Sequence record: MT764208.1
Reading direction: 5' to 3' (one strand)
Length of the DNA: 64,000 nucleotides
Source: Escherichia phage JEP8
This document shows positions 21,154 through 31,084 of this stretch, one piece after another. Position 1 is the stretch's first letter; each line of letters begins with the position of its first letter. The notes below the pieces were generated by a model, which was given only the letters and a program-made list of their open reading frames with translations, searched no databases and had not been told where the DNA came from. The position numbers were made by a program, and so were the translations under genes.

Positions 21154-22240
21154 TGTCTCAATAAAACTTTATCAGGATTATGAGGCGTTTCTAAATCATC
21201 GCTTTATAGAATTGGGTGCTACCTTTGTTACAATGACTCTGCGTGATTCGATTCGTGGGGTGAACGAAGGATTGTTGCAATTCTATGATAATAAAGCGAT
21301 GCATACAAAATTAAACGGACGAGAGATTATTCAGATTTCGCTATCCACTGCCAACACAGATGAAGTGTTCAACCGAATCTATGGGATCTCTCATAGTAAT
21401 GTAACTATTGACCAAAAATCTGACAACATTTTAACATTCCAGTTAAAGAGCTATCACGAAACACTAAACCTTAAATTTTCTCGCGCATTGACAAATAACG
21501 CTGTTAATAACGTAACCAGTATGATTGATGCCATCTATAAGGAAGTTCCTTTATGGAAACCTACTATAAAGGGTGATAACGTTGTTATTCCTCGTTGTCC
21601 GTGGGTTAGTACCATAAATGACTATATGGATTTTGTTAGGGCATACGGGCAAAGCGTAGAAACCGAGTCTTTCGTGTATTGCTGGGAAGATTTTGATGGT
21701 ATAACGATCGCTGGACACGATACAATATTAAAAAATGAGCCAATACCAGCTATAATCTGTGAGCCTAGACTCATGGGGCAATTTATTGATATGTCGCCTA
21801 ATCTGATGGTTTTTAATTTCGAGTGGCAGACTAAGAGCAATGCTAAAGTTAAAAATTCATTTAGCAATGTGACATACACAACTATTGATTTTGTTACTAA
21901 GCAGTATAATAAAATTGTTGTTGGTAATGGGGATAATATTGCACACTTTGCTCATGGTGGCGCTTATGGTAATTTAACTTATAAGAATGCGTTTTTGGAA
22001 GGTTCTAAACTTGCCACAATAGAACAATATGATTCATATGCTACCGCCGTGTGTCACGGTAATTTTTCGTTGCGCCCCGGTATGGTTATTCGATTCTTTG
22101 ATGAGAAGCAACAAGCACGCAATGATTTTATTGTTGACGAAGTGGTGCATGAAATTAGCCGAGAGCAATCATTAACTCACCTGTATATGATCGGTAACAG
22201 CGAAGAATTACAGGAAGTCAAATTTGAAGGTAAGATATAA
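21131..22240 (+). CDS. 27: baseplate hub protein (gp27-like)
   Basis: 369 aa; …YDNKAMHTKLNGREIIQIS…EPRLMGQFIDMSPNL…THLYMIGNSEEL… aligns with T4 gp27. Confidence 0.9.
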   Translation: MQRTGFPNVSIKLYQDYEAFLNHRFIELGATFVTMTLRDSIRGVNEGLLQFYDNKAMHTKLNGREIIQISLSTANTDEVFNRIYGISHSNVTIDQKSDNILTFQLKSYHETLNLKFSRALTNNAVNNVTSMIDAIYKEVPLWKPTIKGDNVVIPRCPWVSTINDYMDFVRAYGQSVETESFVYCWEDFDGITIAGHDTILKNEPIPAIICEPRLMGQFIDMSPNLMVFNFEWQTKSNAKVKNSFSNVTYTTIDFVTKQYNKIVVGNGDNIAHFAHGGAYGNLTYKNAFLEGSKLATIEQYDSYATAVCHGNFSLRPGMVIRFFDEKQQARNDFIVDEVVHEISREQSLTHLYMIGNSEELQEVKFEGKI

Positions 22241-22758
22241 TGACAGAAACTAAACCTATGTTAAAATTTGTTGTTCCTGTAAAAAAATTAGAGATAAACG
22301 GGAAACATATCAAGATCCCAAAAATGGGGATTAAGCAACATCGATTATTAAAAGATGTTCGTAGCTGTGATGAAACATTAAAGATTCTTCTTGATTCAAT
22401 CTGTCCTGGGTTAAACGCTGCCGAGTCTGAATTGGTTATGCTTAACCTTTGTGCGTTTAATGGTAAGTGTCTGGAAGAAAAAGATGGTCTTAAGCTGTCT
22501 GATGTGTATATTTGTACAGAGACTGAATTTACTTTAAATGGTAAAGTCTTTAAATTTAAAAATCCAATGTATACTTCTGACCCCATTATCGATGACGCTG
22601 ATTTCTTGAGTCATCATTATCACGATCCTAGTGTAGACTTCCATGATTTCCCAGCTTTTATTATGGATTGGGCTACAGGATTAAGAAAAACTATTGCACT
22701 TGATACACCGGAAGGTACTATCTATGGTGGAATTAACATATTGGATCGCCTATCATGA
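22240..22758 (+). CDS. 28: baseplate hub distal subunit (gp28-like)
   Basis: 172 aa; position between 27 and 29; start overlaps the gp27 stop. Confidence 0.8.
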   Translation: MTETKPMLKFVVPVKKLEINGKHIKIPKMGIKQHRLLKDVRSCDETLKILLDSICPGLNAAESELVMLNLCAFNGKCLEEKDGLKLSDVYICTETEFTLNGKVFKFKNPMYTSDPIIDDADFLSHHYHDPSVDFHDFPAFIMDWATGLRKTIALDTPEGTIYGGINILDRLS

Positions 22759-24488
22759 ATGACGCATTAACATCATTTCGCGGGATGCGCAAGGAAGCGG
22801 AAGAAAACCCGATTGATAAACTTAACAAGTTAGATAAACTTGATTCTATTGATAATCTGCAAGCCGCTACCGAATTGGTGGCGGAGACAGTAGAACAAAA
22901 ATCTAATGAAGTTGTTGGTGCGGTAGAGGATAACACCGCAGCCAATGAATTGACGGCAGAAAATACACAATCTACCGCTGGCAATACCCAAAAAACTTAT
23001 GAAGAATTGCAAAAACTCAATAATTTCTCTTCTCAGATGAATGAGAAATTACGTGGTTTTGGTGTTATGATGGAACGTAGATTTGGTGTTGTCAGTAAAA
23101 TGGCTAGCGGTATTGGTGCGATTGAAGAAGCACTGAAAAAACCGGAACAACCGCAAACAATGCCATCACCTCAGCCAGTTTTGCCTACTGTACCGGAACA
23201 GCCTAATAATGACAACTATCAAGGTCTTCCGAAGAAAAAACCAGATGTTGATGACCGAAAGAAAAAGAACGCCACAGATAAGCGTAATGCGGATTCTATG
23301 GAAAATCTTCTTAAAGTTGTTCGTGGAGGATTTAAAGAAACCATAGGTATCTCTAATAAGGTCTTAGGGATGTTATTTAAGATCACTTTGACCGCTATGG
23401 CAGAAGCCGCAAAATGGGGTGCTATTTTGATGGGTATTGTTTTTGTCATTGATACCCTGATGGTTCATTTCAGATATTGGAGCGATTTATTCGAGACAAA
23501 ATTCAGTGAATTTATGGATAAGGCCGGAGATTGGGCTGGTCCTATTAGCGATATTTTAACTACTGTTCGTCAGGTTAGAGATTATTGGTCTAAAGGAGAA
23601 TATAAAGAATTAATTAAATCGCTGGTTATGGGTATTGGTGATGCATTCTATAAAACCTTTATCCAACTTGATCGAATTATCACTACTGGTATTGCTAAAA
23701 TTCTTCGCATGATCCCTGGTATGGGTGATTATGCCGATAATTTAGAATACGGTGCTTTAAAGTCTGCTGTTGCTAAAGGCTATAAGCCAAATGACAGAGA
23801 ACTCGAATTAATGGATAAGATCGAGTCTGAACACGAAGAAGACAAATATGGAGAGCGCACAGGATGGACAGGAAAAGCCCGTGATATTGGCGAAGCTATT
23901 GGGGATTCTATTAAGGATAAAGTTAACGAAGGTCTTGTTAGTCTGGGCTGGAGAGATCAAAAGGATGTTGACGCAGAGAAACGACAAGAAGAATTAAAAC
24001 GCGGGGAATACAAGTCTGTTTCTGCTGAACAACGATCTGCTAGTCGTAAACTTAAAATTAAAAGCGAGGGAGCGATCAATAATATTAATGAAGTTATGGA
24101 GAATTTGAGCGGTGACTATGACAAAGAAAGAATGGAAGAGTTGAAAAAGGATATTGATGTTTACCGTGAGCAAGTTCAAGATCCTACATTAGTTGAAAGT
24201 GATCGTTCTCAGTTAGAGCGTCTTATTGAAAAATTTGATGAGATGTATGCTGATAAAACTAATGGTGTGGTTCCAACTAACCCTGTTCCTGCAACTGAAA
24301 CGGAAACAGCAAAACAAGCGGAACGTACTGAACAAATGCAGAAACAAGCTGCAATCCAGCAACAAACGACAAATCAGACCTCAAACGTAAATAATACACA
24401 AATTGTAACAAACAATAGAACTATTAAACAGGGTGCACCAACAACTAGAATTGATGCCCCTGGTACAATTAATATGGGGAACTTTTAA
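22755..24488 (+). CDS. 29: baseplate hub / tail length determinator (gp29-like)
   Basis: 577 aa, coiled-coil and Q/N-rich C-terminus; synteny. Confidence 0.85.
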   Translation: MNDALTSFRGMRKEAEENPIDKLNKLDKLDSIDNLQAATELVAETVEQKSNEVVGAVEDNTAANELTAENTQSTAGNTQKTYEELQKLNNFSSQMNEKLRGFGVMMERRFGVVSKMASGIGAIEEALKKPEQPQTMPSPQPVLPTVPEQPNNDNYQGLPKKKPDVDDRKKKNATDKRNADSMENLLKVVRGGFKETIGISNKVLGMLFKITLTAMAEAAKWGAILMGIVFVIDTLMVHFRYWSDLFETKFSEFMDKAGDWAGPISDILTTVRQVRDYWSKGEYKELIKSLVMGIGDAFYKTFIQLDRIITTGIAKILRMIPGMGDYADNLEYGALKSAVAKGYKPNDRELELMDKIESEHEEDKYGERTGWTGKARDIGEAIGDSIKDKVNEGLVSLGWRDQKDVDAEKRQEELKRGEYKSVSAEQRSASRKLKIKSEGAINNINEVMENLSGDYDKERMEELKKDIDVYREQVQDPTLVESDRSQLERLIEKFDEMYADKTNGVVPTNPVPATETETAKQAERTEQMQKQAAIQQQTTNQTSNVNNTQIVTNNRTIKQGAPTTRIDAPGTINMGNF

Positions 24489-25546
24489 TGAAAATTAGTG
24501 TTATCAATGATGCCGTTGATAGCTTTAAAGCGGGGGTTAAAACCTCCGCTGGTTTTACCTCAAAAAATAAAGGGAAAACATTAACCGCTCAATTCCCCGC
24601 TGAACGTGCTAGCGGTAATGATGCTAGCGGTTATTATATCAACGACTTATATAATAATGGTCTGTTATTCACTGCATACGATTATACATCTCGTACTACT
24701 GGATCGTTGCGTGATTTCAGGAAAAAGAAAAATGTTGCTAGCGGTTTTGGCGGTAGCGTTAATATCGCTGGTTTTGATTTAAATTTGGGAGGGAGAAATG
24801 CTGCATTTGACCGCGAGGCAATTGCTAATATTCTTCTTCCTCGTAGTCAATCTGACGTTGACGCTGCTAGCCATAAGTTTAATGATGTTGGTGAATCTGT
24901 CATTTCTCGCGGCGGTGGTACTTTAGGTGGTGCTCTTTCTAATATGGCATCTACTGCCGTTTTTGGTGGTATCGAAAGTATTACTGGTGGATACCTTGCC
25001 GATCACGGTGAACAGATTTATAATACTGCGCGAAGCATGTATGCTGGTGCTGACGCACGAACTAAAAACTACGTATGGCATCTAACCCCACGTAGTATTG
25101 AAGACCTTCGCAATATTCTGATCATATACGAAACGTTTTTAGAATTGTCTTATGGTTCTAGTGGTATTTCCAGCACAGCAAAAGAATTAAAAGCGGAAGT
25201 TGATGCGTGGTATAAAAATACACTATTGAGAAAATCCACTCCAGAGGAAGCGAAGAGAAATGATACTCTTTTTGAAGGGATCACCGATTTTCTATCAAAC
25301 GCAATTACTGTATCTAACCCGACAATATGGATGATCTCTAACTTTGGTAAGCGTACATCGTTTGAAGGGCGTAGCGATGCATTTGGTCCCGCTCAGATCT
25401 CAAGTGTACGTCTGGACAAGTCGCCTGATGGTAAGTTTAATGGCCTTGCTATTTCTCCTAACTTGCCTAGTACATTTGTTCTGGAAGTATCATTTAGAGA
25501 GATCTTGACACTTTCCCGTGGTACTATATTTGGGAGTGTGGTATAA
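24488..25546 (+). CDS. 48: baseplate tail tube cap (gp48-like)
   Basis: 352 aa; synteny between 29 and 54. Confidence 0.85.
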   Translation: MKISVINDAVDSFKAGVKTSAGFTSKNKGKTLTAQFPAERASGNDASGYYINDLYNNGLLFTAYDYTSRTTGSLRDFRKKKNVASGFGGSVNIAGFDLNLGGRNAAFDREAIANILLPRSQSDVDAASHKFNDVGESVISRGGGTLGGALSNMASTAVFGGIESITGGYLADHGEQIYNTARSMYAGADARTKNYVWHLTPRSIEDLRNILIIYETFLELSYGSSGISSTAKELKAEVDAWYKNTLLRKSTPEEAKRNDTLFEGITDFLSNAITVSNPTIWMISNFGKRTSFEGRSDAFGPAQISSVRLDKSPDGKFNGLAISPNLPSTFVLEVSFREILTLSRGTIFGSVV

Positions 25547-26478
25547 TGTTTGATTTAAATGATTTTAACGAACAAGCCGCTAACCTTGACTTTCAGCGAT
25601 CTAACTTATTCAGCGTGGCATTTGCCACCACTCCAAGTAATAAGACACAAGCGATCCTAGAAAGTATGGGCGGTGCGGTATATGATATTATACCAAATGC
25701 ATTAAATGACTATTTCGGGATTACTCGTGGTGATTATACTGACGCATTAACAAATCTTGCTGTACAGGGTGTTAGGCGTGCTGTTGATTCATCTGGTGTC
25801 AAAAAGTATCTTTTAGGTGCAATGTCATCCCGCGTAGTTCAATCTCTTCTGGGGCAATTTGATGTTGGTACATATGCGCTTGACTGGTTCAATATGGCAT
25901 ATAAGACAAGCGGTCTTCTGGTGTATGCTGTTAAGGTTCCAGAAAACAGATTGAATTATGAAATGGACCGTAACCACAATGCGCCAAACATTAGAATTAC
26001 CGGACGTGATTTCGATCCGCTTGTATTGAGCTTTAGAATGGACTCTAGCGCATCAAACTATCGAGCAATGCAGGATTGGGTTAACTCAGTAGAAGACCCC
26101 GTTACAGGGCTTCGTGCGCTTCCTGTTGACGTTGAAGCAGATATTCAGGTCAACTTACATAACCGAATGGGAGTTCCTCACACGATCATGATGTTTAATG
26201 GTTGTGTTCCTGTTGGTGTGAGTGCACCGGAATTAACCTATGAAAACAACAACGAAATTACAACATTCGATGTTACTTTCGCATATCGTTCTATGCAAAC
26301 TGGTGCTGTAGGAGAGCAAGCCGCGCGAGAATGGATTGAGGATAAGGCAATAAACGCAATAACAAACACTTTCGGCAATAATTTACTTGATAGTGGGTTA
26401 TCTGCTGCTGGTAATGCTTTATCGCGTCTAAATGGCGTTGGTGGGCGTGTGGTGAATACTGTCACTAACTGGTTCTGA
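25546..26478 (+). CDS. 54: baseplate tail tube initiator (gp54-like)
   Basis: 310 aa; N-terminus MFDLNDFNEQAANLDFQRSNLFSV… is paralogous to tail tube gp19. Confidence 0.85.
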   Translation: MFDLNDFNEQAANLDFQRSNLFSVAFATTPSNKTQAILESMGGAVYDIIPNALNDYFGITRGDYTDALTNLAVQGVRRAVDSSGVKKYLLGAMSSRVVQSLLGQFDVGTYALDWFNMAYKTSGLLVYAVKVPENRLNYEMDRNHNAPNIRITGRDFDPLVLSFRMDSSASNYRAMQDWVNSVEDPVTGLRALPVDVEADIQVNLHNRMGVPHTIMMFNGCVPVGVSAPELTYENNNEITTFDVTFAYRSMQTGAVGEQAAREWIEDKAINAITNTFGNNLLDSGLSAAGNALSRLNGVGGRVVNTVTNWF

Positions 26479-26484
26479 TAAGCG

Positions 26485-26518
26485 AAAGGCGGGGATTATC
26501 CCCCGCCTTTTTATTTTG
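26485..26518. terminator. bidirectional rho-independent terminator between gene 54 (+) and the lipoprotein gene (-)
   Basis: 10-bp stem AAAGGCGGGG/CCCCGCCTTT flanked by an A-run and TTTTATTTT. Confidence 0.75.
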
Positions 26519-26996
26519 CTAAATCATTGCAATATTTTAGTGCCTTAGTTTGAAATTCTGCGCTGTTAAGTTCTTCATAACGGTCATAATCACCGTTTAA
26601 TGCTGCCTTTCTTGCTTCTTGCTCTATCTGCATGTCAGACATGATAATACAGCGATCCCGCGCTTTCATCTTCTCAAGTTGTATAGACTCTTCTTTCTGC
26701 TTGCGCAATTCTTCTTGACGCTTCTTTTCTTCTTGTGCTTTCTCTTCCCGCGCTTCTTTGATTGCATCCTTGAACATCTGCGTTTGTGGTGCTAAACCAA
26801 CTTTAACGCGATCTACGTCTCGACGTTCCATTTTAGAAATAAAGCATGATTCGATCTGATCATCACTTGCATATGCTGCTTTACATTCACGAAGCAAGAA
26901 AACCGGATCTGATTTAGCATTCATCATAGCTTCCATGTTGGCACAACCAGTAAGCATGAATGCAGCCGCAAGACCAATCAGTTTAATCATTTTCAT
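26511..26996 (-). CDS. putative lipoprotein with coiled-coil region
   Basis: 161 aa; N-terminal signal peptide ending in lipobox LTGC (MKMIKLIGLAAAFMLTGC); K/E-rich helical middle. Confidence 0.55.
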   Translation of the reverse strand: MKMIKLIGLAAAFMLTGCANMEAMMNAKSDPVFLLRECKAAYASDDQIESCFISKMERRDVDRVKVGLAPQTQMFKDAIKEAREEKAQEEKKRQEELRKQKEESIQLEKMKARDRCIIMSDMQIEQEARKAALNGDYDRYEELNSAEFQTKALKYCNDLAK

Positions 26997-27817
26997 TTAG
27001 TCACCTCACCGAAAATTGTAAATTGTCTACGATTCTCATCACCGAAAGATTCTACTACGTCGTTTACCTTGACGCAAGTCCCGCGCGGTAAAATTACTTC
27101 ACATTCGCAAGGATTCCATGCAATTGACCCAACAACAAAACCTTTATGATCTTTTACGTCAATTACCCACGATACATTACAAGAATGTTGCATCTTTCCG
27201 GTCATGGATTCATATCGATTCTCACAATAAAGGCTAGTGCTGTTTGATAGCCAGCCTCCAAAGATGATCGGTGTCATGCTGGTTGACACAAAGTTTTTAA
27301 AGGTAAATTCCTTATCTTCAATAATACGCTCTATTGTCTGAATGTCAAGATGTTGACCGCGATAAAGAGTACCGTTTAACTTTTCGGTTTTATCCATGAC
27401 GCAATCCATCAAATCAACAATCTCTGATATCTCATCGGTCATGTCTTCTTCCCCTAAGAGAGCACCATTTACCCATTCGTATTGTTCAGACACATAATCA
27501 CAGATTGCATTATATTCTGCTGGGGTTATGTTGTTATGTTTGTAATGTTTGAATACATTATCTCCAAAGTCTTCGGAGTGTACTTCATACATCACATTAA
27601 TGATTTTCTTGACAAATCCATAATCTTGTGTCTCACGCTCAAGGAAGCGGATAACCTTCACATAATCATCAAAGTTAATCTGATCGCTAATCATCTCAGT
27701 GATCATGTAACCATTAATCCCCTCGATGTCATATGTTTCGATGTAATTATCCATACGTTCCATCATTGATTCGCGTGATTCTTCTGAAAGACGAAAATCC
27801 TGTAATTGTTTGAACAT
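26993..27817 (-). CDS. ADP-ribosyltransferase, Alt/Mod-family paralog
   Basis: 274 aa; R-S-E triad context …GTLYRGQ…FKNFVSTS…ECEVILPRG… parallels the catalytic region of the adjacent Alt (…ILYRGM…FKNYVSTS…ECEILLPRG…). Confidence 0.75.
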   Translation of the reverse strand: MFKQLQDFRLSEESRESMMERMDNYIETYDIEGINGYMITEMISDQINFDDYVKVIRFLERETQDYGFVKKIINVMYEVHSEDFGDNVFKHYKHNNITPAEYNAICDYVSEQYEWVNGALLGEEDMTDEISEIVDLMDCVMDKTEKLNGTLYRGQHLDIQTIERIIEDKEFTFKNFVSTSMTPIIFGGWLSNSTSLYCENRYESMTGKMQHSCNVSWVIDVKDHKGFVVGSIAWNPCECEVILPRGTCVKVNDVVESFGDENRRQFTIFGEVTK

Positions 27818-27849
27818 TTTAAACCTACCATATAACAGAAAACGGGGCT

Positions 27850-27878
27850 AGTATAAAACTAGTCCCCGTTTGAGTCAA
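27850..27878 (-). promoter_or_regulatory. sigma70-type promoter (TTGACT-N17-TATACT) within a stem-loop, upstream of the ART paralog
   Basis: read on minus strand; overlaps inverted repeat ACGGGGCTAGT…ACTAGTCCCCGT; approximate. Confidence 0.45.
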
Positions 27879-27894
27879 CCATTATTTCTTAAAA

Positions 27895-29946
27895 TTACAT
27901 TTTAAATTTATCTGGCATTGCGTCTACAGATACCAGATCAGCGATAAGCTGACGTAGAGTTGCCTTATCTGCTTTCTTACGTTCGGTTTTAGCTTCGCTA
28001 ATGAAGCTGGAGAAAGACAGGTCAGAAGCAGGTTTAATAACACCTTCACGGATGAATGCATCACCGTCTGCGATCATCTCGCCAGATTCTTGTAATGCTG
28101 CCAGTTCATTTTTGTTCATAATATGTGCCTCAATGTAATAAGTTTCTTGTGAATCCGTCGATGCCGTAGCACGAGTTACCGTATCAAAGGATAACACAAC
28201 ACCGCGAGGAAGTAAAATCTCGCATTCTTTGTAAGCAAATGCTTTGTTACCTACTGGCAATACAGGGATGTTTTCCGCGCCAGCAATGGAGAAAGCAACA
28301 TTAGCGCCACCTTCACCGCGAGAGCCAGCCATAGAATCTACACCAGCAACGGCACTAGCCACGTTTGCATTCCAGCCGCCAAAAATGTTAGGTGCAAGGG
28401 AAGTGCTCACATAGTTTTTAAAGTAAAACGCTTTTTGCTTACGTGCAGTTTCCCACATTTGCGACCGGAAGTCCATACCACGATACAGAATAGTACCAGG
28501 ATCAAGTTTAACACCATAGTTAGAGAAGGCATTATCCAGTGCATCGCACATCTTGACCAATTCTTCTGGATCTGCGATTCCCTCAAACTCTTCCAGCTTA
28601 CGATCAGTTAGGAAGTTGTTCATATTGATGTATGCTGCATCGGCATATTCGCTCAACACAAAACCTTCCGCGCCCGGCAGATCAAGATCAATATCTGCCA
28701 TCATTTCACCCATGTTGCTAGCAATTGCTTCAAACATACCGGACGCAACATTACGAAGGGCATCGGTTTTAATCTGGGTGATATGACTACGCAGCATTTC
28801 AGCTTTTACATCTGCTGGCATAGACTGGTCTACTCGATCCATTGCCAGGGCGGTGATCTTGTTTTCAAATACTTCCTCGCTCATGATTTCTTTTAAGCGT
28901 TTGATTGATGCTGCGATAACTTCCGCAGACAACGGATCATATTGATCCTGAACTTTTACCAGTTCGCTTACTGCGTATTTTGCATCGGCTTCGCTTTCAA
29001 AAATAGTACGCATGAAACCATAGCGAGTGATAATATCACTTGTCCAGTCATTCAGAGAACGGGCGGTTGAACGTTCTAAGGCTTGACGGTCAATCAGAGT
29101 ATTAAACTGTTTCTTAGGTTCTGCTTCGGTGATATCTTCTTCCGGTTTAAGATTAATTTTTTCTGGATGATTCACGTAGTCGCTGTTATAGGTCGCTTGA
29201 GTTTTCAGCATTTCTTCTTTAGTCAAACGAGATTTAGCCGCTACGCGTTGTTCTGCTTCCGCGTTTCGTTCTTCTTCTGACACAAGACTAGCCGCATACG
29301 CCTCATCTTTAGTCAGAGATTCACCAGTAGCCTTAGATACCCAGCGATCACCTAAATCACTTTCTACTTTAGTGAACAAGGATTCATCAAGTTTAATCCC
29401 TTTAATCTTATCAATCGCCATCCCGCGACGCTTGACAACAACTAAAGCGATCTTTTTGCTGGTCATTACTTCCTGCTGGAATACTTCAAACTTCGGTGTA
29501 CGACGCACCAAACGCTCTATAACGCGCTTAACCAGTTCGGTCTTACCTTTCATGCGGGATACGTTAAAACGGAACATAACAGCGTCTAATTGCGCTTTAC
29601 GGGCTGTTTCCATAACCACATCAAAAGCACTTGCCATAACTGCAATCGGGTTATCGCCTAGACCATTTTTAAGCTGTACAATACGACCGCTTTTGTTCAT
29701 TTCGCACAGTACAACATGTGCGGTTTTGTCACCCATACGAATGATTTTAGGTGTTTTGTTGGTGAAGTTACAAAGACGGACAATCACATCTTTATCGCGT
29801 GTCTGTACTGCAAAAAGCTGTTTAGGATTCTGCTTAGGCTTTAAGCACTGTACCGGAGCAATACTGCCAAAGTTTTCTTCCTCTTCCGTCAACAGCCATT
29901 TCTCGAAAGATTCAATCATTAGATCGTCGATTTCTAAGTTAAACAT
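27895..29946 (-). CDS. alt: Alt ADP-ribosyltransferase (packaged RNAP-modifying enzyme)
   Basis: 683 aa (T4 Alt is 682 aa); conserved ART motifs; located after gene 54 as in T4. Confidence 0.9.
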   Translation of the reverse strand: MFNLEIDDLMIESFEKWLLTEEEENFGSIAPVQCLKPKQNPKQLFAVQTRDKDVIVRLCNFTNKTPKIIRMGDKTAHVVLCEMNKSGRIVQLKNGLGDNPIAVMASAFDVVMETARKAQLDAVMFRFNVSRMKGKTELVKRVIERLVRRTPKFEVFQQEVMTSKKIALVVVKRRGMAIDKIKGIKLDESLFTKVESDLGDRWVSKATGESLTKDEAYAASLVSEEERNAEAEQRVAAKSRLTKEEMLKTQATYNSDYVNHPEKINLKPEEDITEAEPKKQFNTLIDRQALERSTARSLNDWTSDIITRYGFMRTIFESEADAKYAVSELVKVQDQYDPLSAEVIAASIKRLKEIMSEEVFENKITALAMDRVDQSMPADVKAEMLRSHITQIKTDALRNVASGMFEAIASNMGEMMADIDLDLPGAEGFVLSEYADAAYINMNNFLTDRKLEEFEGIADPEELVKMCDALDNAFSNYGVKLDPGTILYRGMDFRSQMWETARKQKAFYFKNYVSTSLAPNIFGGWNANVASAVAGVDSMAGSRGEGGANVAFSIAGAENIPVLPVGNKAFAYKECEILLPRGVVLSFDTVTRATASTDSQETYYIEAHIMNKNELAALQESGEMIADGDAFIREGVIKPASDLSFSSFISEAKTERKKADKATLRQLIADLVSVDAMPDKFKM

Positions 29947-29986
29947 TTTATATCCTCTAGTTGATAACCTATAAACCTATATTTAT

Positions 29987-30008
29987 GAAAAAGGGGCTTA
30001 ACGCCCCC
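29987..30008 (-). terminator. rho-independent terminator (minus strand)
   Basis: GGGGC-ttaac-GCCCC with plus-side A-run; the same hairpin recurs at about 34028-34048. Confidence 0.5.
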
Positions 30009-30013
30009 ATTTA

Positions 30014-30226
30014 TTATAATGCACCATCGAGCAATTGCTCTAATGTGTATCCTGAATAGTCTTTTTCAATCAGGATATATTTTCCTACTCGTTTAATACA
30101 ACCGCGCATTTCAACGTATTCTGCGTAGTTGATGGTACGGGTTGTTCCATCTTCCAGTAATGCAGTACCGATTTCGTTAATGCGGTCATAAGTTACGTCG
30201 GTAATGATGATTTCGATGTTAGCCAT
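30014..30226 (-). CDS. hypothetical protein (70 aa)
   Basis: small ORF behind a PeSL-type promoter; no motif recognised. Confidence 0.4.
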   Translation of the reverse strand: MANIEIIITDVTYDRINEIGTALLEDGTTRTINYAEYVEMRGCIKRVGKYILIEKDYSGYTLEQLLDGAL

Positions 30227-30262
30227 TTGATACTCCTTAGTAGTTCGTTTCGGTGTGGGTGT

Positions 30263-30291
30263 ATTATGCTATACACCCTCTGTTATGTCAA
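30263..30291 (-). promoter_or_regulatory. PeSL-type early promoter (TTGACA-N17-CATAAT; -10 embedded in hairpin GGGTGTAT…ATACACCC)
   Basis: minus-strand reading; followed by conserved leader …CCGAAACGAA…GGAG…ATG; approximate. Confidence 0.55.
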
Positions 30292-30297
30292 CAACTT

Positions 30298-30477
30298 TTA
30301 GAACATTTTTGAAATTAATTCTGCTTTGATTTCGCAGAGAACACCTAAAGATTTCTCGTCACCCGCTTTTGCTGCTTCTGATTGCATTTTTGAAATGGCT
30401 TCAATGTCAGTGCAATTATAAGCCGCTTGAACTTTAGCGATTGCGATGATTGCCGATTCGATGGTTAATTGTTTCAT
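30298..30477 (-). CDS. hypothetical protein (59 aa)
   Basis: ORF MKQLTIESAIIAIAKVQ… with RBS GGAG; not in ORF track; approximate. Confidence 0.3.
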   Translation of the reverse strand: MKQLTIESAIIAIAKVQAAYNCTDIEAISKMQSEAAKAGDEKSLGVLCEIKAELISKMF

Positions 30478-30509
30478 GTTTGATTCTCCTTTCGTTTCGG
30501 TATGGGTGT

Positions 30510-30538
30510 ATTATAGGGGATCGATGATCCCCTGTCAA
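30510..30538 (-). promoter_or_regulatory. PeSL-type early promoter (TTGACA-GGGGATCatcGATCCCC-TATAAT)
   Basis: perfect -35 and -10 hexamers with 17-nt palindromic spacer; approximate. Confidence 0.6.
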
Positions 30539-30546
30539 CAAATTTT

Positions 30547-31083
30547 TTAGTTATTTTTTAATTGCTCATCTTGCAATAGGGCAATCACATGCTGGCGATG
30601 TTCTTCCGATTGAGGCACACCGAAAAAGTTTGTTTTGTAGAAATACTCTAATCGGTCTTCTCGTGTGCTCTCTTCCATCATGATCGCGGGTAGTCCGAGA
30701 TTTCGGAAACGTCGCTTTTCTGCTGGCGTAAAATCACTGTAATACAACATAGAATCATCATTACAAGCAATGCTAAACTCATCCTTCATAAAGGAGAATA
30801 TTGCGTTTAAACGCTGTTTACCGTCCACGATTTCGATCTCATAGCGAGAGCCATCATCAATCTTAGCCATTGCGATAGCACCAACCGGAAAATCATTAAT
30901 CAGGTTTTCGATAAACATACGTTTGTTTTCGGTGTCCCATACTAAAGGACGCTGATAATCTGGGTTCATGTTGATATAGCCATCTTCTAACCATGCATCA
31001 TAAACAGAGATGACAAAGTTTTTAGTATTGGTATAGTAACGGCGTTTAGGCGTTAAACGGCGTTTAGGCGTTAAACGGTTCAT
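30547..31083 (-). CDS. DUF262 / ParB-like nuclease-domain protein
   Basis: start placed at ATG preceded by AGGAG (MNRLTPKRR…); hallmark motifs …NPDYQRPLVW… and …EIVDGKQRLNAIF… (DGQQR-like); lacks any C-terminal HNH/DUF1524 module. Confidence 0.65.
   Translation of the reverse strand: MNRLTPKRRLTPKRRYYTNTKNFVISVYDAWLEDGYINMNPDYQRPLVWDTENKRMFIENLINDFPVGAIAMAKIDDGSRYEIEIVDGKQRLNAIFSFMKDEFSIACNDDSMLYYSDFTPAEKRRFRNLGLPAIMMEESTREDRLEYFYKTNFFGVPQSEEHRQHVIALLQDEQLKNN
31041..31076. repeat. exact 18-bp tandem duplication (GGCGTTTAGGCGTTAAAC x2) inside the DUF262 gene
   Basis: in-frame; encodes duplicated peptide LTPKRR-LTPKRR at the protein N-terminus. Confidence 0.8.
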
Positions 31084-31084
31084 G

